Source: a virus (lineage: Duplodnaviria; Caudoviricetes). From it: 39,713 bases of DNA. Position numbers and translations under genes: made by a program. The stretch covers positions 1 to 39,713 of the IMG/VR virus record IMGVR_UViG_3300020045_005058; one strand, given 5' to 3'. Of this stretch, positions 8,285 to 16,818 are shown piece by piece (the first letter of the stretch is position 1; each line of letters begins with the position of its first letter). The notes beneath the pieces were generated by a model. The model was given only the letters and a program-made list of their open reading frames with translations. It ran no database searches and was not told the origin of the DNA.

Positions 8285-10857
8285 TTCACAAACCAGCTTG
8301 TGCCGTCAGAGACAAGGTTCACAGCTTGGCCTGCGAGGACGTTGTATGTGGCCGCTATGGCCAGATTACCACCGGTGACAAGTGACAGCGCACCAGTAAA
8401 TATCAACGTTTTCTCTGACCCAATGTGGAGCGGAAAAATGTTCTGTATGTTTGTAGTTCCAGTAATTTTTTGCACCGTGTTGTACGGGTAAAAGTTGACG
8501 TTTGTCGCGCTGGCTACTGATGGGATGTAGTTCGGGTTCGCCGGCGGCCAAGTCCCAAAATTGAAGTTGCAATCTTTGAACTTCCACCGAGATGCGCTTG
8601 ACAACGGCCCGGAAATTTCCTGAACGGCCCCTATAAGGCCAAACCCTGTCATGCCGACAACTGCTAGATCCTGGATGTTTGGGCCGTCCAGGGCCAGCGT
8701 ATAACTGAAGGCCAAACCACCTGCTGCCTGCCCCCAGTTGCGCGGCATACCGACGCTGCCACCGTTGATAGTGACGCCTTGCGTGTACGGCTGGGACGGA
8801 CCTGCGTAGATGTAGATGCCTTGCGACACCGCCCCGCCAAGCGCATCGCCTTGGATTGTTGAGACGCCGTGGCAAATAGGGTTATTGATGACAATGCCGG
8901 TCACCTGGTCAAGCAAGATGCCCCGGTTGTTGCTGCTGCATATCGGCGAAGATACGGTAAAACCCGACACCGTCGGGTCGAGCCCGGCATTTGCCTTGTC
9001 TCCGCTCAAGACCAGCCCGCTTGCTCCGTAGTCTAGGTACAAGTCGGCTAGGTTCCAGCCCTGCATCCCGTACTTTGAGAGAGCAACTCCACGGCGTCCG
9101 TCAAAATATAGGCCTGCCGACCCGTAGACGTTGGCCTGAAGTGCTTCGAACAACGTGCTGGTTATCGAGGACTCATTCACCTGACCGTCCTCCCCCGACA
9201 CGTAACCGCAAGCTGACAGGGACTCCGCCGTGCCGTTGATTGTCGAAGCCCCTGGGTTTATGGTGCTTGTCACCACGACCGTTGTCGAAGTAACAGCAGC
9301 AATTCGCCATAGGTTCCCATACGGTGTTGGGGTGGTCCCGCGAATTACCAAATAGTCCCCGGCCTGGAAATCATGCGGCGAGGATGTGGTAACTGTGAAG
9401 TTCAACGCGGTAGATACGATCCCGGTGATGTTCCACTTGCTGTGCGGGCCACCTCCTGTGAATACGCAGTTGGCAATTTTTATCGAGGTGGACGTGCCAG
9501 TTATCCAGAGCGGAGGACAAGACTGCGCAGCGCCTCCGCGAAAGAAGATGTTCGAGTAGTTGCCGCCGGCCGACTTAATGCGCAGCGTTGCACCATCCCC
9601 CGTGTCCCCTTGTAGCTGCGACATCTGGACGAAGTTGCAAGCCTCAATCATCACAAGGCCGCCCGTCGTGGCGTTGAAGTAGCCGTTTGTGACCACGGGA
9701 CGCGTGCAGTTCTTGACGTGCAACAGGTAAGTCGTCGTTGTCCTGCTGGCCGCGCTGACGATGCCACAGTCAAGAAAGGCAAACAGGCTTGGGCCCTCGA
9801 CCGTAATTGCGTCGCCGGTCGTGAACGTTGGCTTGATCTGAGATGCAAACTGGCCGTCGCCACGGATTACCAGTGGCTTCGCGTTGGTGAACGAGAGTGC
9901 AGACCCTATGGCGCACACCCCCTGCGGGAAGTACAAGACCCCCCCTGTAGACGGGATGGCTGCGTACGCCAGATTTATGGCTGGTGCGTCGTCTGTGACC
10001 CCGTCGCCTTTTGCTCCAAAGTCCTTGACGCTCACGCACTGCCGCAGCTTGTCCTGCACAGTAGTCGCAACAGCGCCAGTGCCTGATGGAGTGTATGTGG
10101 ACGCACTGCTGTCAGTAAACCCCTGCGGGAGTGCCTGCTTGTACTTGACCTGAATGTTGTCGGTGCCGGCAACGGGCGCCGTGGTGAAAGTAATCGTGGT
10201 TCCGGCCGACCATGTGTAATCTAGCACCGCGCGCTGATCCACGCCACCGATAGACACGTCAAGGTTGTACAGCGCGCCGGGGTTGGCGCTTAGAACGAAT
10301 GCGGTCTGCACTCCGTTGCCGCTGAACATGTCGCCGGCAGATGTCCCGTAAGCCACCATCGTCGCCAGTGTCCCCGCGTCGATGTTTTGCATGGCCGTGG
10401 CGGCCGAATTCCAGCCGATGATCTTGTTCGATTCTGGCGCAGGAAGCTCGGTAGAAACCCCGTATGCGGTGACCGGTAAAGTCAGGGCACGGCCCAGCCC
10501 CTCCCGGTTCTGCTGCGTCTGCATGGTCAGCAAGTCCAGCGCGCCCTCATGGGACTCGGCCGGAAACGCGTCGTTGTCCACGTAGTCAGCAAGCTGGGTG
10601 AACGGCACATCGCGCACGATGGTCAGCCGCTCGCCGCTGGCAAGGGCCACCACCAGGGTGACGGCGCCGCTTGACCCGCCCGCGCCGGTCACGCTGTAGT
10701 CGGTGCTCAGGGCCAGGGTGGTATCGATGCCGCCAGTGGACGTGCGCACAACTTGCAGGTGCGTCGCATCCAGGAACCGGAACCCGACCGTGAACGGGCC
10801 AGTAGTGCCAGATCCGGCGTACGGCCCCGAGCGGGAAATTTCGGTTTGAACGGTCAC
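8281..10857 (-). CDS. Tailspike: T7 gp17-like N-terminal anchor plus pectate-lyase-like beta-helix
   Basis: GPYAGSGTTGPFTVGFRFL anchor; SVKDFGAKGDGVTDD and LYFPQG; GTG start with GAGG RBS. Confidence 0.9.
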   Translation of the reverse strand: MTVQTEISRSGPYAGSGTTGPFTVGFRFLDATHLQVVRTSTGGIDTTLALSTDYSVTGAGGSSGAVTLVVALASGERLTIVRDVPFTQLADYVDNDAFPAESHEGALDLLTMQTQQNREGLGRALTLPVTAYGVSTELPAPESNKIIGWNSAATAMQNIDAGTLATMVAYGTSAGDMFSGNGVQTAFVLSANPGALYNLDVSIGGVDQRAVLDYTWSAGTTITFTTAPVAGTDNIQVKYKQALPQGFTDSSASTYTPSGTGAVATTVQDKLRQCVSVKDFGAKGDGVTDDAPAINLAYAAIPSTGGVLYFPQGVCAIGSALSFTNAKPLVIRGDGQFASQIKPTFTTGDAITVEGPSLFAFLDCGIVSAASRTTTTYLLHVKNCTRPVVTNGYFNATTGGLVMIEACNFVQMSQLQGDTGDGATLRIKSAGGNYSNIFFRGGAAQSCPPLWITGTSTSIKIANCVFTGGGPHSKWNITGIVSTALNFTVTTSSPHDFQAGDYLVIRGTTPTPYGNLWRIAAVTSTTVVVTSTINPGASTINGTAESLSACGYVSGEDGQVNESSITSTLFEALQANVYGSAGLYFDGRRGVALSKYGMQGWNLADLYLDYGASGLVLSGDKANAGLDPTVSGFTVSSPICSSNNRGILLDQVTGIVINNPICHGVSTIQGDALGGAVSQGIYIYAGPSQPYTQGVTINGGSVGMPRNWGQAAGGLAFSYTLALDGPNIQDLAVVGMTGFGLIGAVQEISGPLSSASRWKFKDCNFNFGTWPPANPNYIPSVASATNVNFYPYNTVQKITGTTNIQNIFPLHIGSEKTLIFTGALSLVTGGNLAIAATYNVLAGQAVNLVSDGTSWFVK

Positions 10858-10896
10858 GGCAGCACCTCAGTCGAATGATGCCGCCATTCTATCAGC

Positions 10897-10931
10897 GATG
10901 TCGTTTCCGCACCACGTTGTTTTTACGCAAC
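10897..10931 (-). promoter_or_regulatory. Two operator-like motifs (GTTGCGTAAAAACAAC, GGTGCGGAAACGACATC) upstream of a TAGAAT -10-like box
   Basis: Intergenic, ahead of the tailspike; matches the dispersed motif. Confidence 0.55.
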
Positions 10932-10944
10932 GCAGTGCGGGATG

Positions 10945-13900
10945 TCAGCGCGCGACTTGCGATGGAGGCAGGTAGAACGTCTGCCCGTTCTCGCTCTTGA
11001 CCCGGTTCTCCATGCGCCGCAGGAACCCTGGGTTCAGGGCATCCTGGATGCGGTACAGGATCAGGTAGTCCAGCGCCGTGCGGGTGTAGAACAGGTTCGC
11101 AAACGGGGTGTTGTCCAGCGCAGCCTTGAACGATGCCGCCGCCACGTCGTCGCCGTTGCGAATGCGGGTCCACAGGTCGGCTGCCGTATCCACTGTGTTC
11201 GCTACCGGGCCTAGCATGGAGCCAGACAGCGTGTTGCCCATGCGGTTGTACTTGCCGAACAGGAAGTCGCCGTAAAGGCCGAGCCCGCCGCCCTGTACCA
11301 TGGCCGCCATCCATGTCCGATAGTCGTCCACCGGGCGCGGGTTCTTGCCCCGCAGCAGGTCCTTGGTGGCCATGGCCGCATACCCCATGGCGGTGGACAG
11401 CGCGACAAACGAGGCCAGGCCAAGCATGTCGCCCTTGCCGCGCTTCAGGTAGTCGCCAATTGTGTCGTAGCCCCGGCCATAGACTTCGCGGCCCAGCGTC
11501 ATCTGGATCAGCGCCACCGGGAACGACTTGAACTGCCCGACGAACCGCAGCAACTCGCCGTTCACGGTGCCGGGCTTGGTGCCCCGGCGCATGAAGGCCT
11601 GGGTGCGCGCACCTGGCTCGATCACGGCGTGGTGCATGCGGTCGATTGTCATGGTGCGCAGTGCGCTTGCCAGGTCGTCCTGCAGGTTCATAACGGCAGC
11701 GTCGGACACTGTGCGACCCACGCTGGTGATGTACGCCTCCAGCGCCTTCACGGGCACCGTGCGCAGGCCTTCCGGCGTGATGTACATGCGCCCGTCCGCT
11801 TGCTGGGTGTTCGCCAGGCGCAGGACCTCCCACTTGCCTGCATCGATGTTGTAAAGGCCGAGCATGTCGCGCAGTGAGGCGTCGATCTTGTCGAACGCCT
11901 TGCCGGCCTGGGATGAGACAAATGCGGCGTGGGACAGGGCGTACCCGTCGCGCAGGCTCTCGGTCCACCAGTTGATGCCGGTCAGCTTGAAGAACTGCTG
12001 CATGGCCGCCGCCGTCTTCCCGCCCATCAAGTCGGGCGAGTCGAAGCGGGCAAACACCGAGCCCAGCGTGCTCTCATGAAACACGCCCAGGGAGTTCAGG
12101 ATCGCGCGGCGCTCGCCGGACGCACGGCCACGGGTCAGCGCGCCGATGCCCTGCAGCGTGCCGGACAGCAGGTTCTTGTCCTGCCCGAACCGCATCTCGG
12201 CCGCGTAGTTCGCCAGGTCGGTCACGCTGGAGATCAGCATGCCTCCGAGCTTGGACATGCTGGCCCATGAGCGGGCAAAGCTGGCAATCTTGGCGCCGGT
12301 CACATTGCCGGGGATGTTGGCGCTGCCGTCCACGGTGGCCAGCAGGTTGGCCAGTTCTCCACGGTACTGCAGGAACCTCGCACGCCGGGCCGGGTCGCCA
12401 CGCAGGCTCTCGGCATACTCGTCGAACAGGCGCGTGGCCGTGGCCTCCGGGTTGGTTCCCAGCAGCTTCATCAGGCCGGCGGACTTGGCCGCGCTGTCCA
12501 GGCCGTGCAGCACGGACTCAGCCAGGCGGCCCTGCCCGAACTTCTCGTTGTAGGTGAATGCCGACGCACCGTCCTTGAAGTACAGCGTGCGGCTGGCCGA
12601 TACCTTCTTCGCCAGGCTGGAGCCCCGGCCCAAGACAGCCAGGTCGGCCTCGTCAGCCGGAGCCTTCAGGTGCGAGCCAGCGGCGAAGTCGTCGAACATG
12701 AAATGCAGGGAGCCGACGGGGTCGGTCTCGCTGATCAGGCCGAGCTTTTGCATCTTGGGGATGTCCAGCAGCGGTGTGACGGTATCCACCCAGGCGCGCT
12801 CGCCAGCGTCGCGGATCTTCAGCATGTCGTGCGACTGGCGCGTGATGTAGCCGGACAGGTCACGAATCCATGAGCCGAAACGATTGCGGGTGTTGCGCGC
12901 GTCGGTCTGGTACTTGTTCACGATCTCGGCAATTTTCACAGCCTCGCCAGGCAGCTTGTCGTTGCCCTTGCCCTCGTTGCCCATGTTGTGCAGGGCGATG
13001 TACACGTCCCGGTCAAATGTGCCGCTGGTAAACGCCTGCATCAGATTGGTCTTTTCAAGGTCAGCGATCAGGCCGCCCATCCACTCGCCGCGAAAATTCT
13101 TCTGCTCGGCCTCGACCGAGATCCGGCCCCCTGCCCGCTTGCGCTCGGTGCCCACCAGCAGCCCACGGAAACCCTCGAAGTCCAGGCCGGCGCCACGGAA
13201 CTGGTTCACATAGGCGCTGGCTTTCATGCGCACGTTGATGTTCAGCGCTGCGTTGCGCTTCTCGATGACGGCCGCCATCACCAGGTTGTTGGACAGCGTG
13301 TCGGCCGCCTGCATGGCGTCGTACTGCATGCCCGTGGCCTTGTCCTCGGCGCCCACTGCGTCGCGCGCCGTGCGGGCCATGCCGCGCAAGCCCTTGACCT
13401 GTTTGCGCAGCTGGCCCAGCAGGTCGTTGATTTCCTGCCGCGAGATGTCCGGCATGGCCGCGCGCATGGCGGCCGTGGCCTGGGCGTCGTTGTCCAGCTT
13501 GTCGGCAGCCGCACGCAGCACGCCGGCGAACTGCTTGGCGCGGGCGACGTTCTCGTCGAAGGGGGAGAGTTCGTCCTTGCTGGTGGATGGGTCCGGGGTT
13601 TCGCCGCGGGCGTAGCGGATGTCCGGGTTCTTGGGGTCGAATGTTCCACGGTTGCCGGTGGCGGATTTGATCTGCTCAGGGTGGAATACCGCATAGACAT
13701 CTGCTTCGTTTACAAAGCGTCCAGCCACGTTATCTGGAACGTCCTGCACATTCCGAAATACAACGCCATCATACCCACCAAGCCTAGCCTCTCTGATGGT
13801 GCGTTGATAGTATTGAACTTTAGACTGGTCTAGACTCGTGTTAAATTTCTCCATTCGCCCAAGCCAAGGCTCGATGTCCTTCTCTACTGAAGGCATCTTT

Positions 13901-16818
13901 TCTGTAAATCCTGCCTCAAATAATTTCTTGGCGCTTAAGTAAACCGGCATGACGTTTGCCGACCCAAGCGGGCCGCGTGATTTTGCATATTGGTTAGCGT
14001 TATCCGCGGTGTTCTTCATCAGTGGTGAGTGCGAGAAGAAGAATGCGCCACCTTCAGACTGGGCAATTTTCGGATCAAATGCAGACACATCGTTAGCTGT
14101 CCCGTGGTACACCACCAGCGGCTTACCCTCTGCATCCACCACTTTCGACGCACCGAACCAGTCGGCAAACGCCTTGGTTCCGGTCTGCGCCACGTCGCGC
14201 GAGAACGCCAGAGCCGCATCCATCACGCCTCTGCCCCGCGCCGCCTCATGCAACGCGCTCACGGCCATGGCCCGGAAATCAGCCTCGCCCAGCGTCATGC
14301 GGTCACGCGCGAACTCAAAATTCTGGTAGGCCCAGGCCCGCACGGCCGCGATGATCCTCTGCACGATTGGCAGCTCGGGCGCGTTCTGCACCAGGTAGGC
14401 CAGCTGCTCCTCGCGCACCAGGCCTGCAGGCGTGTCGGCAGGCACAGCAGCGCGCGCCGCGTGGGCCCAGTCATCGCCCCGGATGATGGCGTCGTCGAGC
14501 TCGCCCAGCACGGACTGGAACACCTCGGAGCCAAGCATGCGCTCCATGCCGACGTGCACGCCGACCTCGTGCAGCAGGATGCCACGGGCCTCGGCCTCGC
14601 TGACGTTCTGCGCCACCACGTAGACGGTGCCATCCGGTGCAGTTGCCGCCTTCACGTCGCCGGGGTGTGGGCCTCCGGGGATTTCTTCAGGCGTGGCCAC
14701 CAGCTTGATCCCGCCCTCGTCGAGCAGGCGCTCGGTGCTGGCGCCGAATGACTGGCGCAGGGATTCGGTCAGGAATTCGGGGGCCTGCTCGGGGGATATG
14801 CCGCGGGCGTAGAGTGGCGCATCGCTGGCAATCCCGACCTTGACCGACCCGCCGGGACGCCCCGTGTTGATGCGGAAGTCCTTGCGCCCATCAGGGAACT
14901 CGTCGTCAATCTCCAGCATGCTTGGCTTGACTTTGATCGGCACTGCCGTGTCACCATAGCCAGTGTCCGTTTGAGATCTCGTCGTCACATAAACATCCGG
15001 CTCTCCTGTTGATTTAAGCACCCCAGTTTCACGGATCTTTGCAGCAGCCTCGGCGCTGGTATGGTGGAAGATGGTGACAGTCCCATCAGCGTTGATCGGT
15101 AAACCGGTGCCTTCATGAATCTCTACTGCCCGGCTGTACTTAAACGCCTGGTCCCCCGCCTTCACGGTATCGGCCAGCAGCGTGTCGGCTTCAGCCATGG
15201 CGGCCTCGGCGTCGGCCAGGGCCTCCCATTTCGGGGCGCTGTCCACGCGCGACTGCACGTTCATGGCGGCCTCGTCGTCGGCTGTAGCGATTTCCTCGGG
15301 CGAGAAATTCCGGTCGGCAGCGGCCTCTGCGTCGGACACGGTGTGCGACTGCAGGGACTCGTCCATGCCGATCACCGCCTCCACATCGATGTTGCGGCCG
15401 TCAATGGCCTGCGCCACGGATGCGCGCATGGCGGCCTCGCGGGTTTCGGGGTCGAGGGTGGCTACGATAGCGGCAGCCGTCTCCCGTTTCCCTGCCCTTA
15501 TTTCTTCAGCCTTTTTGCGGTATGCGTCTGCCTGGTCCATGTCTCCTAGTTCGCCAAGGTCTTCCTGTTCCTTGGCCAATCGTTCGTAAATCTTTGCGCG
15601 CTGCTCAATGCCACGATTGAACTGGGCATCTGTCACGGCTGGCCGGTTGGCCTTCTCTTCATCCGACCGCAGTTTTCGTTCGGGCCATAGTTTTTCCGGG
15701 TCCACCCCTTCATGGGCTTCTCCAGATTCCAGTGCCTTGGTTTCAACGAGCCCGGCAGCGCGCAGCGCGTCCTGCTCCTGGGCCGTGAACATGTTCAGTG
15801 CAATCAACCCGCTGTCTGCTGGTCGCATGTCGGGGAAGTGCTGGAACACGGCGTCAGGGACAGCCGCTATAGCGCCGCGTGTCGGTGATGGAGCCTTGGG
15901 CTGCGGGTCAGCTTCTGGCGCCCTTTCAACTATTTCCGGCATCCCTGCGTGCACGGATTCTGGCGCAAACCCTGCCGCCTTGCGCATCTCCGGTGTAAAT
16001 GCTTCGACAGCGCGGGCGATGTCGCGCGGGTCCACGTCCTTCATCTCGCGCTGCAGGGTTTGCACCTTCTCAATGTCGGGGACGCTCAGGCCTCTAAATG
16101 GCTCGTAGGCCTGTGCCTTCCCGCGCATTGACCGGAGCCCCTCACCCGCCGCGCCGCCGATCACATGCAGGCCACCACCGAACGCGGTGCCGAATGCGAT
16201 GTTCGCCAGCGAGTCCAGCGCGCCGTAGTCGTCGCCAATCTCGTTGCGGGCGTATGCGAATGCCGGTTCCAGCACCGCTGTTGAGATTCCCCCATCAATG
16301 GCGCCAAGGCCAAAGCGTGCGCCGGCGCGGGTGACTGCAGACTCGGCCATGGCTGCGGCCTGCAGTCCTCGAGCGACGCCGACCATGCGGGTCCATGGAA
16401 CGACGGCCGTGGCCAGGTTGATGGGGTCAACGATGCCGGCGCCGAACATGGCGCCACCGCGCAGGATCGAGCCCATGTCCCACGGCGTGCGCTCGCGGAC
16501 GTCCTTGATTGCGGCGAGCTCGCGCTGGCGGTCCACGATCACGGACCACTGCTGCTGTGTGTACTGGCCGTCCTTGGGGGTGATGCCGATGCGCGCGCCG
16601 CCGCCGTTGGACTTGGCGTAATCGGTGGCCTCGGTGGCCGACAGGCGCTTTTCACCCTCGCCGCCAGTCTTGGATTTATAGAGATCCACGGCAGCCGGGC
16701 CATAGGACTCGAGCCATGACTCGCGCACGGCTGCATTCATTTTCGACCCGAACGATGGCTCGAAGTCCTGCAGTGAAAACGAGTTCGTCCCTTGGTCGTC
16801 GGTGCCGAGATATTGCAT
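10945..16818 (-). CDS. Large ejection (internal virion) polyvalent protein with ART-like, zincin and ART-PolyVal-like domains
   Basis: Last and largest ejection gene; start ATG 16818 (AGGA RBS, TAATG coupling); FHHTS..G.L..VYVT, HEVGVH..EEQLAY and YHGT..FFFS..YA..PVYL..GYDG..QIKS motifs. Confidence 0.85.
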   Translation of the reverse strand: MQYLGTDDQGTNSFSLQDFEPSFGSKMNAAVRESWLESYGPAAVDLYKSKTGGEGEKRLSATEATDYAKSNGGGARIGITPKDGQYTQQQWSVIVDRQRELAAIKDVRERTPWDMGSILRGGAMFGAGIVDPINLATAVVPWTRMVGVARGLQAAAMAESAVTRAGARFGLGAIDGGISTAVLEPAFAYARNEIGDDYGALDSLANIAFGTAFGGGLHVIGGAAGEGLRSMRGKAQAYEPFRGLSVPDIEKVQTLQREMKDVDPRDIARAVEAFTPEMRKAAGFAPESVHAGMPEIVERAPEADPQPKAPSPTRGAIAAVPDAVFQHFPDMRPADSGLIALNMFTAQEQDALRAAGLVETKALESGEAHEGVDPEKLWPERKLRSDEEKANRPAVTDAQFNRGIEQRAKIYERLAKEQEDLGELGDMDQADAYRKKAEEIRAGKRETAAAIVATLDPETREAAMRASVAQAIDGRNIDVEAVIGMDESLQSHTVSDAEAAADRNFSPEEIATADDEAAMNVQSRVDSAPKWEALADAEAAMAEADTLLADTVKAGDQAFKYSRAVEIHEGTGLPINADGTVTIFHHTSAEAAAKIRETGVLKSTGEPDVYVTTRSQTDTGYGDTAVPIKVKPSMLEIDDEFPDGRKDFRINTGRPGGSVKVGIASDAPLYARGISPEQAPEFLTESLRQSFGASTERLLDEGGIKLVATPEEIPGGPHPGDVKAATAPDGTVYVVAQNVSEAEARGILLHEVGVHVGMERMLGSEVFQSVLGELDDAIIRGDDWAHAARAAVPADTPAGLVREEQLAYLVQNAPELPIVQRIIAAVRAWAYQNFEFARDRMTLGEADFRAMAVSALHEAARGRGVMDAALAFSRDVAQTGTKAFADWFGASKVVDAEGKPLVVYHGTANDVSAFDPKIAQSEGGAFFFSHSPLMKNTADNANQYAKSRGPLGSANVMPVYLSAKKLFEAGFTEKMPSVEKDIEPWLGRMEKFNTSLDQSKVQYYQRTIREARLGGYDGVVFRNVQDVPDNVAGRFVNEADVYAVFHPEQIKSATGNRGTFDPKNPDIRYARGETPDPSTSKDELSPFDENVARAKQFAGVLRAAADKLDNDAQATAAMRAAMPDISRQEINDLLGQLRKQVKGLRGMARTARDAVGAEDKATGMQYDAMQAADTLSNNLVMAAVIEKRNAALNINVRMKASAYVNQFRGAGLDFEGFRGLLVGTERKRAGGRISVEAEQKNFRGEWMGGLIADLEKTNLMQAFTSGTFDRDVYIALHNMGNEGKGNDKLPGEAVKIAEIVNKYQTDARNTRNRFGSWIRDLSGYITRQSHDMLKIRDAGERAWVDTVTPLLDIPKMQKLGLISETDPVGSLHFMFDDFAAGSHLKAPADEADLAVLGRGSSLAKKVSASRTLYFKDGASAFTYNEKFGQGRLAESVLHGLDSAAKSAGLMKLLGTNPEATATRLFDEYAESLRGDPARRARFLQYRGELANLLATVDGSANIPGNVTGAKIASFARSWASMSKLGGMLISSVTDLANYAAEMRFGQDKNLLSGTLQGIGALTRGRASGERRAILNSLGVFHESTLGSVFARFDSPDLMGGKTAAAMQQFFKLTGINWWTESLRDGYALSHAAFVSSQAGKAFDKIDASLRDMLGLYNIDAGKWEVLRLANTQQADGRMYITPEGLRTVPVKALEAYITSVGRTVSDAAVMNLQDDLASALRTMTIDRMHHAVIEPGARTQAFMRRGTKPGTVNGELLRFVGQFKSFPVALIQMTLGREVYGRGYDTIGDYLKRGKGDMLGLASFVALSTAMGYAAMATKDLLRGKNPRPVDDYRTWMAAMVQGGGLGLYGDFLFGKYNRMGNTLSGSMLGPVANTVDTAADLWTRIRNGDDVAAASFKAALDNTPFANLFYTRTALDYLILYRIQDALNPGFLRRMENRVKSENGQTFYLPPSQVAR

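Noticed and set aside
6459-10857. Diversity-generating retroelement as in BPP-1
   Set aside because: No reverse transcriptase and no TR/VR pair differing at adenines seen in the window
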